From Adineta vaga (lineage: Eukaryota; Animalia; Rotifera): DNA of 64,000 nucleotides. Each line of letters begins with the position of its first letter. Within the stretch, counting starts at the first letter, position 1. Below the pieces are notes generated by a model. The model was not told where the DNA came from. It saw nothing but the letters and a program-made list of their open reading frames with translations, and searched no databases. A program made the translations under genes and the position numbers. Below, one piece after another: positions 51,815-63,062 of this stretch. The DNA is taken from positions 9,672,001-9,736,000 of the forward strand of contig CP075496.1 in assembly GCA_021613535.1 (NCBI GenBank), written 5' to 3'.

Positions 51815-51822
51815 AAAAAAAA
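51815..51822 (-). terminator. RNA polymerase III terminator (T-run) of the tRNA
   Basis: Eight T on the minus strand, 5 nt after the tRNA 3' end. Confidence 0.7.
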
Positions 51823-51827
51823 GTATG

Positions 51828-51899
51828 TAGCAGCGAGTAGTTTCGATCTACCGACCTCTGAGTTATGAGCCCAGCACGCTTCCACTGCGCCACGCTGCT
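51828..51899 (-). tRNA. tRNA-iMet: initiator tRNA-Met (CAT)
   Basis: AGCAGCGTGGCGCAGTGGAAGCGTGCTGGGCTCATAACTCAGAGGTCGGTAGATCGAAACTACTCGCTGCTA: 72 nt, A1:U72 pair, anticodon CAT, T-loop GATCGAAAC (A54/A60) as in eukaryotic initiator tRNAs. Confidence 0.95.
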
Positions 51900-52313
51900 G
51901 TTCGATAATCAGACTTTTTCAAAGTTTAGTGTGTTTATTTACAATCAAAAATACTCTGGCATGAAAAGTTACGATTTCTGACTTGCTAATGTAATATATA
52001 AACATACTTTTTCGTTTATATTAATTATATACGGTTTGATACAATGCTATGCCATATAATGAATTAGAATATAGCACATAATTTTTCATAGATTCGTTTA
52101 CACATTACCATTCATTGTTGCTTCATACTCTCTCTATCAATTATTTCTATTTGGAATCCAATCATATTTTGTTGTTCGTTTGTTTTCTTTTCATTTCTTT
52201 TGTCTTTATAATACGGTAACTCTACGTGTTCTCCTCACTGATAACATATCTCGTGTTTCAACGCCTAATAATATCATCGTTCGTCATTTATACAAGATTA
52301 ACGTAAAAGAAAC

Positions 52314-53320
52314 ATGATTCGATCTTATTTACCACTTCTTGTTTCATTTATTTTGTTTCTTATTTCCCTTTACATTAATTCACTTGTTCAAGTATGGGCT
52401 GATCGAAATGCACCCGATTGGATACCGGCTTTACCCGATATTGGTCATCGTTTATTACCCTATTGGACTTATTTTGCAGTAAATAATTATTATCTTTTAG
52501 CATCATTTGTTTTAGTTATTATTCGTTATATTTTTCAACGTGATATACGATTGATTGTATTTCGTCGATGGCTTTTTCTTCAAGCTGTTATGTTTATTAT
52601 GAGAAGTGTATCTATCTATGTTACATCGTTAAGTGTACCATTACCTGGTTGTAATACAACAGCAACAGGTTCACCACCGATTGAAGCATTCTATATAATG
52701 TTTTTAATTCATGCAACATGTGGAGATGTTCTTTTTTCTGGACATACAGTAACATGTAGGTGAAACGATGAACATTTGATGTCAGATAATAATTTGAAAT
52801 AATCTCTTTCTATTTAGTAACATTATGTGCTCTAGCTTGGACCACTTATTCTAAAGGTGAAGAATATTACCCAATACGTCGATTATGGTCTCGTTTGAAG
52901 CATAATACTCAAGAAGTAATAACACCAGGTCGACCTGGTTGGTTCTATCCTAAAGTCGATTCTACAGGTGATCCATTATCATTCTATTTAACATCGATTC
53001 TTGTTTGGATATTTACAATCATTGGTTATTTATTTATCATTGCAACACGATTTCATTATACAGTTGACGTTTTTCTTGGTTTTCTTCTTTCACAATTAAC
53101 TTGGAAAACATATCATTATTATATAAAAACTCTTGCAGAACGTCGAAATCTTATTATCACTCGATTTTTTCTTTGGTTTGAAGATTACGGACGGCCATCG
53201 ATTACTGATCCTGTAAGTTTGCGTACAGGTCCAACGAGTACTAATACTAATGAAGATCAAACATTATATATACAAAATTCAAATCAAACAACACATTCAA
53301 CAAATATTAGTGATGTTTAA
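52314..53320 (+). CDS. sphingomyelin synthase/ceramide phosphotransferase-family protein (PAP2_C), 2 exons
   Basis: LPDIGH, D3 motif CGDVLFSGHT, D4 motif RFHYTVDV. Intron 52756-52817 is in phase. No SAM domain. Confidence 0.85.
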
Positions 53321-53892
53321 AACATTTGTTTCTGTATAATTCTTCTGTACATTTGACTGAGAATGCGACATATTTTATATATTTCATCGTGCCTTTTCTG
53401 ATCAATTGAATGAAGTATGAAACTAAAATGTGAATTAATGTATTTAGAACAGAACAAGTAAACATTTGGTAATTTTAGATTATAGTTAAAAATCTGACAT
53501 GTGACAACACATCTATGATCTTGAAATCTCATTATCAAGAAACAGAGTAATGAAGAGTATATATATAGCAATTTCATTATAATGAGAATTTCCTTTCCTT
53601 TTATGTATCTAAAAGAATGGTGTCATTAAAAATATGATTAAATAAATCTAGATCATCAAGTTTATCTTATGGGTTGAGAGAACACCATATTATTCACGTG
53701 TTTTAATCAGAATCATTTACCTTTAATTCGTATTCTATTAGAGATTTCATTTCCGAAGAGATTCTTGAAAAACTGATATTTTCTTATTTTATTTCGTCAA
53801 TATATAATTTTTTATTTTCAATTACAACAACAAATATGAATAATATCTTGAATAAATAATTAATATCAAGTTTTTTAAATAAATATTAATGT

Positions 53893-54870
53893 TTAATTGG
53901 CCCGACCACGCACTGTTCTGTCAGTATTAGTAACTAGTGCTGCAATAGTATTTCGTTTAAAAGGATACATTTCCTTATAATATGTAAGGAAAATCATAAA
54001 TGGATAGATTAAATGAATGAAATATGGAAATAAATACATGTAATCAATTTGAGCTTGTAATAAAAACCATGAATCCCAATAGATATTAATTAATCCTGTG
54101 ATTTGTATTGGCATCCACATACCTAAATATAGAGATGATATGACCCATAATTGTATAATCATTTTCTTGTCTCGTTTCCATTTGAATACTTGTTGTTTCA
54201 TTGCTTGTTTTTGAATCAGCACTCGAACATAAATCATCGTACAAAAGACAGGTATCGCTATCAACGGTGTATAATTATTGAAAAATAGATCCACATTTGC
54301 CCAATTTACATTATAAAAATAGCATGGCCATTTACATAATAATTGAGAATAGTCATAATAGGATTGACATTTATGTATAAAAATAGCTCCAAAATAAAAT
54401 CCAGTTGGATAAATTAAGCAGCATACTAACGGACAATAATGAAAGAAAAATTTACCTCGTCGAGTTCGAACTAACTGTGGATGAAAGATAAGCCAATTGC
54501 GTTCGATACTTGCAAATGCCATCAGAAAACAGTTGATAATATTCAAAGAATAATGAAGCCAATTCCAAATAGAACAAAATAATTTATTCTGTGGATATAT
54601 AGCTGATAGATACATATATGATTGTGTAATTGGTAGTGCAACAGTAACGAAAATAAATGAAATAATAAGAAGAAGAATAATGACATGATGATGATGAGAT
54701 TCTCGTAATTTACGTTGTCGAGCAAATTGATAGAAAATCCAAAGAAAACAAGGTATGGAAAATAGTTGAAGTATAAGAAATATAGTAAATTTGATTCGAT
54801 TAGCATCGAATGATGTTGTATATACATAATATGAAGTAGATGTTGTGTTGAAACTGATATTCGAACTCAT
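53893..54870 (-). CDS. rhodopsin-like 7TM GPCR (intronless)
   Basis: Seven TM segments and MAFASIERN. Same subfamily as 25666-26643 (ERxxLIFH...HY). Confidence 0.85.
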   Translation of the reverse strand: MSSNISFNTTSTSYYVYTTSFDANRIKFTIFLILQLFSIPCFLWIFYQFARQRKLRESHHHHVIILLLIISFIFVTVALPITQSYMYLSAIYPQNKLFCSIWNWLHYSLNIINCFLMAFASIERNWLIFHPQLVRTRRGKFFFHYCPLVCCLIYPTGFYFGAIFIHKCQSYYDYSQLLCKWPCYFYNVNWANVDLFFNNYTPLIAIPVFCTMIYVRVLIQKQAMKQQVFKWKRDKKMIIQLWVISSLYLGMWMPIQITGLINIYWDSWFLLQAQIDYMYLFPYFIHLIYPFMIFLTYYKEMYPFKRNTIAALVTNTDRTVRGRAN

Positions 54871-56705
54871 ATTTTTTATATAAAATGAGAATTATTTAAG
54901 CAATATAATTGTACTTGCACAGATGTTAATATTCGATATTTTTATTTATAATGTAAATTATCGTAATATAATGAAAGAGATTATATATACATCTTTGAAG
55001 AAAGATATTTCAAAGAAATCTGATAATAATTGACAAAAATGACGTACTTCTTATTTTATATAACTTTGAATTTACCGATGTCCCCGTTAAAAAAAGATTA
55101 ATTCACATTATAGATATGAAAAGCAGACAATTTTAATTGTATAACTTGTTTTCTCCATTAACTAGAAGTATATTAAATACTATTCTTAGAAACAGAACAA
55201 ATCAGTTCACGTCTCATAATATAACAATCGAGGATGACATTTGAGATTGTTCTGATGAATGATACTTCAATTCAGCTTATTTTTTTATTACTATAAACAA
55301 AGCGTTTTCACATATCTTCACATTAATGTTTTTGTCAAACGATTCTATTATAGGACGAAGTGGTAACATATTGAATGAAGCAACTAATTCTTTGCAACAA
55401 CTATAATTCGGTCAAAAGTCATATCGGGATATACAAGTAAGTGCATGCTCAGTAGCGTTCCAGTTAACAACTGGGCCGCTTGTTCTAACAATAAAAAAGT
55501 TGATGTAACATCGAATTACATTTCGTCGATGAGATCATAACTCCTTATTGGTTCTTTTTTATAGAATATCATGCGATTTATCCAAGTGTATCACAACTAG
55601 AAACATAAACTGAAATAATAAAACAACTTTAAGCAGTTGAATGAGGATGGGATCATTGTTACGATACTTACATCACCTAAGATGTTTTATTTATTAATAA
55701 ATCTCTAGGATATATTTCGCTAGTACAAGTCTGTTCACACCATTTCAAGAAATTACAAGTGCATTTTATTATTAGGAACAGTATACAATACAAAGGACAA
55801 CATAAATAGAGCTGAAAATTCACTGCTAAAATTTAATCATGATCTAGAAATTATCCCGATAGGAGAAACAACTGAATCGAATAAAATCAAATGATATGGG
55901 AGTTAAGTACCTGGAAGCAATCTAAAGCATGCACTTAATGCTCGACGTCAAATAAGACTAATTTAACAGAGGCTATTTCAATGCACGAGCAGAAATTATT
56001 TAGCAAGCGGCACTGTCTACTGCTCTTTTTCTAAAATCCAATTAAATGATATAAATAGTACATGTTTTTTCCTATTGAAATAAGATTTAAATCAATGATA
56101 CGAAAAATCTCGATGTTAAAATACTGAATTAATTGCATCCTACATTTGTTGATAATGTTATCTCATATGCATCAATGCAATGACTGTAACTAGTAATTGT
56201 GTTGTGTAGTTTGATGTATTGAGATCTCTTGTATCATGTGGACACAAAATGAATAAGATGATTGGTGGTCTTAAGAAGCGAAAAGTGGATTGCTTCATTG
56301 AAATGCTTGAAGTAAATTAATGAGACATTTCTTTTGAGTTACTTGCTTCTATATTGATCAGTCTGTAGATTAATTCATCTTCTAAGTAAACGAAATATGC
56401 TTAACTGAAACAAAGTACTAATTGCTTGATTTTACGCGACGAGTGCTAAACATCGACGTCGACAGAACAGAACTACATCTCATACCAAATAAAAACACAC
56501 ATTTATAGAAGCATTTCGATCTAATTTGAAATTATGACAAAACAATATTTTTTTTGTAATCTTTTTATAAAGATTCAATCACATATATTATTGAAACAGC
56601 GTTGACATAAAGCTTTCATAAGTGAATCTATATCAATTCGAAATCAGAAGATGTGTAGGTGGTATACTATACGTCTGTGCACAAAATTTTTATAGAAAAA
56701 AGAAA

Positions 56706-58649
56706 TTATTTTGATTCCATATCTGTTTCAAATAATTCGTGTTCGTTTAACAATGCCCAAAACATGTCTACACCGTGTTGAATAAGTGCATCAGGAAAAT
56801 CGTATGCTGCATCATGTAGAACAGCCGCTGTTTCACCTGCACCTAGTAGAAACATAGCAGAAGGACATATAGAAGAAAAGACACCAAAATCTTCTGACCA
56901 ACGTGCCGGCACCGACATTAATGTTAATTTTTTTTCACATTTCCTTGCACAATTGATGACATCTTTTGTAGCATGTTGATCATTCATTACTGCATCGAAT
57001 ATATCACAAAATTTAATATCATATTTTATACCCGCTTGTTGCGTTTCACATTCAATTAATGCACGGGCAGCTTCTACCATTGGTTGCATTAAATCATCCG
57101 TAGCGGTACGTAATGTAGCCATGATGACGGCTTCACCAGGTGAAGTACCAAATGCTATTTCACCTAATTTTGCATGAATAATCGTCAATAATCGGAGCTC
57201 TTGCGTAGCAGGTAAACTGCGTGGTAATTGTTCGAGTTTTTCAATTAGGTGACACATGACGCGTGCTGGACTTAATCCTTGATCTGGATGAGCAGCATGA
57301 GTGCAACGACCTTGTAAATGTACAATCATACCGCGTGATGCACATGCAAATGCTCCTTCTCGTATTGCTATTTCACCTAGTGAATGTCCTGGTTGATTAT
57401 GTAATGCATAAGCTACATCAGGACGTAATGATGCATCGAACTTATTGCATTGGATAATTGCTCTTGCTCCATCACCAGTCTCTTCAGCAGGTTGAAAGAG
57501 TAACACAACTTCACCACGAACAGGAGGTTGATAACTAAGTTGTTTGGCAATACCTAGGAGTATAGCCATATGTCCATCATGACCACAACTATGAGCAACA
57601 TTTTCATTGCGAGAACACCATTCTCGTCCATTGCTTTTTTCATGAATTGGTAACGCATCCAGGTCAGCACGTAACATAACTCTTGGTCCTGGTTTAGGTC
57701 CACTAAATACTCCAGCAACACCATATCCACCTAAATCAGTGATAACACGTGTTGCACCAACTTCCTTTAGCCAAGTAGTGATGCATGCTGCTGTCATTTT
57801 CTCATTACTAGACAGTTCTGGTTGTGCATGTAAATAATGACGAATTGTTTCTAAAGATGTATCAATAAGTGATGGAAGCGGCGTAAAACACGATGCTATA
57901 GGTTTCATCTCTATGTGAGCTTCTTCATCATGAGGAAAACCGAATTGTTGCCACATAGCTGATTTGTTCCATTCTTTGATAAAGCTAAAAAATAGAAACG
58001 TTGATCTCTCTCTCTCTCTCTACTATCGATCACAAACATACTTACAGTGTTATCTTACTATTTTCTAATTGGAATATACCAACAACTGTCCATGTTGCTT
58101 TTTTTCTTGAAGCCGTTATTCCTAAAAATACAAAATTTATAAAGATGGTTTTGTAGAAGTTGCGAAATTACCTCTATAAGGTTCTCTACAGTGACTACCT
58201 TCAACCGTATATCTGATTGCTACTTGATTGCCTTTAGCCAGAATGTAATCAAAATTGATGATATGCATATCACCGATACTCTTCATCAATTCTATTAAAG
58301 ATAACTATGAGAAACTTGATAATAATAAATCTATAACTACACACTTTCTTGTTCTTTAGTAAAACTCTCACAGTCGCGAATTTCAGGAAAGGTAGTTGAA
58401 GCGATAAATTCATTTCCAAAAGCCAGAAGATGCGCAACATTATTAGAATTAGCCCGTTTTGGATCATAGCTGGAATGAAATAGATAGAGAATCAACACGC
58501 TTCTGTGAAGGGAGGACATGAAAAATTTGTCTGACTCGTAATAGTTGATCGATAATTTAATTAACATACGAAACATATAGTATAAATATCTACCTGATTT
58601 CTATATATTCTTTCACAATAAGAATATTGTTTGCCTCTTGTTCTATCAT
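56706..58649 (-). CDS. chimeric SnoaL-like ester cyclase (NTF2 fold) plus M20D amidohydrolase (5 exons)
   Basis: Exons 58649-58594, 58469-58345, 58291-58172, 58121-58046 and 57984-56706 splice in phase. N-domain NILIVKEYIEISYDPKRA...ILAKGNQVAIRYTVEGSH...ATWTVVGIFQLENSKITLFIKEWNKSAMWQQFG. C-domain LHAQPELS, LRADLDALPI, SCGHDGH, FQPAEE, HAAHP, SEDFG, LH. Confidence 0.85.
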
Positions 58650-59037
58650 TTTTCAACAACTAGCACACAATCAAAATCAAAGTATCGCATGACATGTTTT
58701 GTTGTTGTATGTTCTATACGAAAGATAAGATTTTATTCGTTGCTTCTCTTCTTAGATTCACTATCGATCTTGATGAGATAAACTTCAAATGTTAAAATTA
58801 TCTCGGTCATATATATGCTTACGAGTATGATATATAATTATATTTACCATCAAGATTTAAATTGATTAAAATTTAACTTTTAAAAACGTACGGTTTATAT
58901 TGCATTGCTTCAATAAATCACTAGCACACAAGTAACGTTTCATAATAAAATATTTCTTGGAAAAATTATTCAAAGAGATCTTAATCTTATTAAATTTTTC
59001 ATTGTATTTATAAAATTAGAAAACTGAACACTAAAAA

Positions 59038-59328
59038 TTAAAATTTAATAAAAAATTCGTGGTTAAAGATCTTAGAGATATTTGTCTCTAATCGATTGGT
59101 TAAATTGATTCGGTAGCTATCACATCTAGCAGAGCAAAAATTCCAGTTGTATAAGCGGAAAATAACAGATATATCACCATCTACACCTAGACAAGCCCAA
59201 TATGCAGCTTGACCATCGGTACTACATGTAGTGAGTCCAGCCGCACAACTAGCAGCATCGCTTTGGTTTTCAATGACAAAAATAGTTCCAGTTATAAATA
59301 ATAGAAATGACCATCGTGCTACTGCCAT
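59038..59328 (-). CDS. possible small secreted Cys-containing peptide or gene fragment
   Basis: Signal-like MAVARWSFLLFITGTIFVIENQSDA, then SCAAGLTTC...YWAC...FCSARC. The 3' part drifts into AT-rich sequence. Confidence 0.35.
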   Translation of the reverse strand: MAVARWSFLLFITGTIFVIENQSDAASCAAGLTTCSTDGQAAYWACLGVDGDISVIFRLYNWNFCSARCDSYRINLTNRLETNISKIFNHEFFIKF

Positions 59329-59749
59329 TGTAAGATAATGTGAAAGCAAAAATGAATTAATAGAGAACAATACACCGATTTCTATACTCGCAGTGAGCGT
59401 TTTTTCCAAGATTTAATGTAAATACTTAACTGGTGTTGCTTTTTGTTTTCAAATGAATCCTTGATTCGTGGCTGCTGACTAATTTCTTCCACCAGAGGTC
59501 GGTCATGTAAGTGTAAGTGACTTAATAAACAAATTATATTTACCTATACATCTGTTTTCAATGTGGTGAAACAGAGTAGAAAATAAGATTTACAACAACG
59601 AGCAACTGCATTATTATTAGAAAAATAACGAACAAAAACTACATGTGCAGTGCCATAAGGCAAATTGAATAGCTCAAAGAATTGTTGTTAGAATGAAAGT
59701 ATCGAATGATGGATGTAACATTGTTCATCAAGTATTAGTTGATATAATG

Positions 59750-60135
59750 TTAACCCTTTCTGGTCGGATGTTGCCATTTGGCAATATTTTACCACTCTCA
59801 TCCTAGATTTGACGTCAAAGTAGCGAGATATAGTTCCTCAAGAGATTTGATAATTAATTACATGCATTTTAGGACAGACCTATGTCTTTTCAAGAAAGGA
59901 GAAAGCTTTTATCGCAGAGAGGGATAAATTCTCACGCCAAGACCCAGAACAGCCTTCCAGTCGAAATGATCTGTTTTTCATTTATCCGATGATTTAATGC
60001 GATAAGTAACTAGTAGTTAACTGTCCTTCCCAGGTCCATTATCTATTGTATCAGTAAAATTAGTTATTCAGTATACTTGAAGAACACAATGCGTGAATGT
60101 TGCCTTTTAGCAACTTCCGGTCGTAAAGATACAAA
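59750..60135. mobile_element. possible degenerate piggyBac-like non-autonomous element (MITE)
   Basis: Left end TTAA-CCCTTTCTGGTCGGATGTTGCCATTTGGCAA. Imperfect inverted copy TGTTGCCTTTTAGCAACTTCCGGTCGTAAAGAT at ~60098-60130. No intact right TTAA. Confidence 0.3.
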
Positions 60136-61268
60136 AAGTTGGAAAAAGTCAATTACTTTTTCTCAATGAAACTTCTATCATTTGCTGTTAGTTTTAGTTT
60201 AGATTGTCGACTTCTTAGAATCTTGAGATCGTATATATTCCAACAGTACTCAACAGCTTACCAAAGCAACGCCAATATCATCTATTTTTCCTAGGAAAGT
60301 TCACGAATTTAGTAAGATTCTAATAGGATTGACAGCACATCATAGTATTCCTATTCAGACTATTGCAAAACACAAGTAGCGCGGATCCAACGGATTCACT
60401 CATTTTCTTTTGAATTTGTATGTTTTTTTCAGAATCAATATAGTCATACTCTTCGCAACATTTTATAGAGGAATTCGGAGCTTGATATCAAAAAGCAAGG
60501 ATAGTTTTGAAGTAAGATAGAATACATTATATTCCGCACAGTATTGGAATTAATGGTTCATTTATACATTTTATAGACTTACAGGAGCAATTTTTCGAAT
60601 AATAAGATATATTTTCTTACGCTTTCGAATTTACACAGATGTTAGATAACTATTGACGATGATATATTGAAAATTAAGTCGTAATATTATTGAATACTTG
60701 AAGGATGCAAAAGCTGCTGCCGGACAACTGCATCACTTTTTGATATCGGGCTTTGAAAAAAAGTATTAAAATTTCGAAAAAAACTTAAAAATAGAAAACA
60801 TTTTTCATTATTCTTATTCCTCCGTCTATTTGTTGTAGAAACTAAAATTCAACCGAAGTCTTTTCAGAATACCGCTTCATATACGTGGATCATTTACTGA
60901 TTTTGAAAAGTGTTACATCTTGAAATTGATGAATAGATATCATAAAGTAAAACTGGATAAATCAAGTAGCACCCTCTACAGTCCATCTCTGTTAGTATAT
61001 TATCGTGTTTTTCTTTCGTCGTATTTGATATAGTCGATCTTTTTTAAACGACGAAATGTTAACATGCTATCGATCAGAATGAGAAAAACACATAGTCATC
61101 GATACACGATTTGTTTTATAGATAGTCCGACGATAACACTTTCATCATTCTATTATCGATCGAGTGACGTATACGTGATTATACTTTGTGTATTTTTGTC
61201 TAACTATTTGATTTCAAAATATCGTTTTTATTTTATTCAATTTTAGATAAATTCAATAATAATATCAA

Positions 61269-62174
61269 ATGTTTGAATATTTTCCTGATGAAATTCTTCT
61301 TCATGTTTTCGAATATTTTAATATACGTGATTTACATCAATCATTTTATGGTTTAAATTCTCGATTAAATGCTCTTATCTGTTCAAAGAAAAATCTTTCT
61401 TTAGTTTTTTCATCTCCTGACGAAATGGATAGTTCATTTTCTGATGTATTTGCAACTTATATTGCTAAATTAGTTGTCGACCATTCAAGTTATATCGATT
61501 ATGAAGCATTTTCTTCGCTACATTCTTTAATATTAAATAGTCCATCGGATGATCAGTTAGAACAAATATGTTATTGTAAATTTCCTTATTTAATTCATTT
61601 AGAATTTGGTATTATGAGTAATACATTGTTATATCGTACCTTATATGAAGTTCTTCATAGTGAACAATTTCCTTGTTTAGAAACATGTATATTTCATCAT
61701 GAAACGAATGTTGTTTCATTAAATCGTTATAGACAAATTTGGTCTAATTCATCAACACTTCGAACAGTTTGGTTAAGTTCAGTGGATTTATCTCTTCGGT
61801 CAGATAATGGATTGATTAATCGAGAAAAGATTTTGTCTACAAATGTTATGCATTTAAATCTCAAACGATTAGATATTTGTTGTACATCAGATGGTCCATC
61901 AATTTGTGAAATTGACCATTTTCTTCAACAAATGCCGAACTTAGAAAAATTCAACATCGCTTCCAATGAAATTTATTATTCATATGAATTTCTACGTCAA
62001 TTAGCTTCTACACTTCGTCGACGACTTATTTACCTGGCAGAATTTAGTTGCGAACTTTTATGTGTAATGACAATTGAAGAACTTGAACAATTGTCTCAAT
62101 TACATACATGTTTTAAACGTATTCAATATGAATCAAAATACGGTGGACAATGTATTAGATTATTTACAAAATAA
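61269..62174 (+). CDS. F-box-like/LRR protein (intronless)
   Basis: MFEYFPDEILLHVFEYFNIRDLHQSFYGLNSRLN F-box-like start, plus FSSLHSLIL, FPCLETC, MPNLEKFNI. Confidence 0.8.
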   Translation: MFEYFPDEILLHVFEYFNIRDLHQSFYGLNSRLNALICSKKNLSLVFSSPDEMDSSFSDVFATYIAKLVVDHSSYIDYEAFSSLHSLILNSPSDDQLEQICYCKFPYLIHLEFGIMSNTLLYRTLYEVLHSEQFPCLETCIFHHETNVVSLNRYRQIWSNSSTLRTVWLSSVDLSLRSDNGLINREKILSTNVMHLNLKRLDICCTSDGPSICEIDHFLQQMPNLEKFNIASNEIYYSYEFLRQLASTLRRRLIYLAEFSCELLCVMTIEELEQLSQLHTCFKRIQYESKYGGQCIRLFTK

Positions 62175-63062
62175 TCATCTAAGCAATCTTCTTTTAAGTC
62201 TTCTAAACATATATCTTGATATGTTACTATTTTAATAGTATACCAAATTTGTATTCACTTATTTTCTTTCTTTTACAATAAATAATTACAGATATAAACA
62301 TTTTATTACTTTTTTTACCAGTTATCTACAATTTTGAAAAAAAAACGATAGAAAATTACGTTGTTGATTATACTTACTAATGTTTTCTGAATTTCTTAGT
62401 GATATGTATTGTTTCATGACACCATCGAAGAAAACTGATCTTTCCTTGATTGACTGAACCGAGTCTATTGATGATCAATATGGATAAATTTCAAGCGAAT
62501 CTTACATGATCTATGGATGACAACAATACATACTCGAAATCTTTTATGATTCGTTTTTCTTGACTTGCGATTTCAGTATACAATCATAGGGGTAAGAACC
62601 TACAAAAACTTCGACATCTACATCATTCTGTTCTGCTATATTTTTTTCTCGTTTTTATGCGCATGAAATAAAGAATAAGATTTTTTCCTCTTATCGAGAT
62701 TCATTACTATAAAACAACTGCAACAGAGACATCCATCCCTCACCCTTCAACAATTTACGAATGAATAAATAAATAAAAAGTGTCTGTTGAGGATTGTGTT
62801 TGAAACTATGTGCGATAATAGGTACGCTAGGTTGGAAACTACTTATCTTAGAGAATTTTTGTATTTGTTCTTCTTTATCTGACTCGTGGTGATAAAGTGT
62901 TGTTTGTCAATTAGAAGACATATTCCCTTTCTGTTGTTTCTTTTTATCTTTACTTTGAAAAAATATTTTCTTTTCATTTGTCTACTCCTTTTCTAGAAAA
63001 ACTCTTCGGTTTTTCAGATTTATACATATTCTTCTCATTGTCTAACACGTCTTAATTTCAAG

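Noticed and set aside
51616-51885. 89-aa track ORF
   Set aside because: It begins inside the initiator tRNA gene and the rest is AT-rich noise.
55300-56500. Possible transposon or gene remnant downstream of the amidohydrolase
   Set aside because: No ORF, terminal repeat or recognisable motif found by eye.
5914-57457. Numerous 60-110 aa track ORFs antisense to or overlapping real genes (e.g. 5914, 7054, 10850, 20182, 40767, 44887, 57263)
   Set aside because: Shadow frames of genuine coding sequences or low-complexity AT-rich ORFs without motifs.
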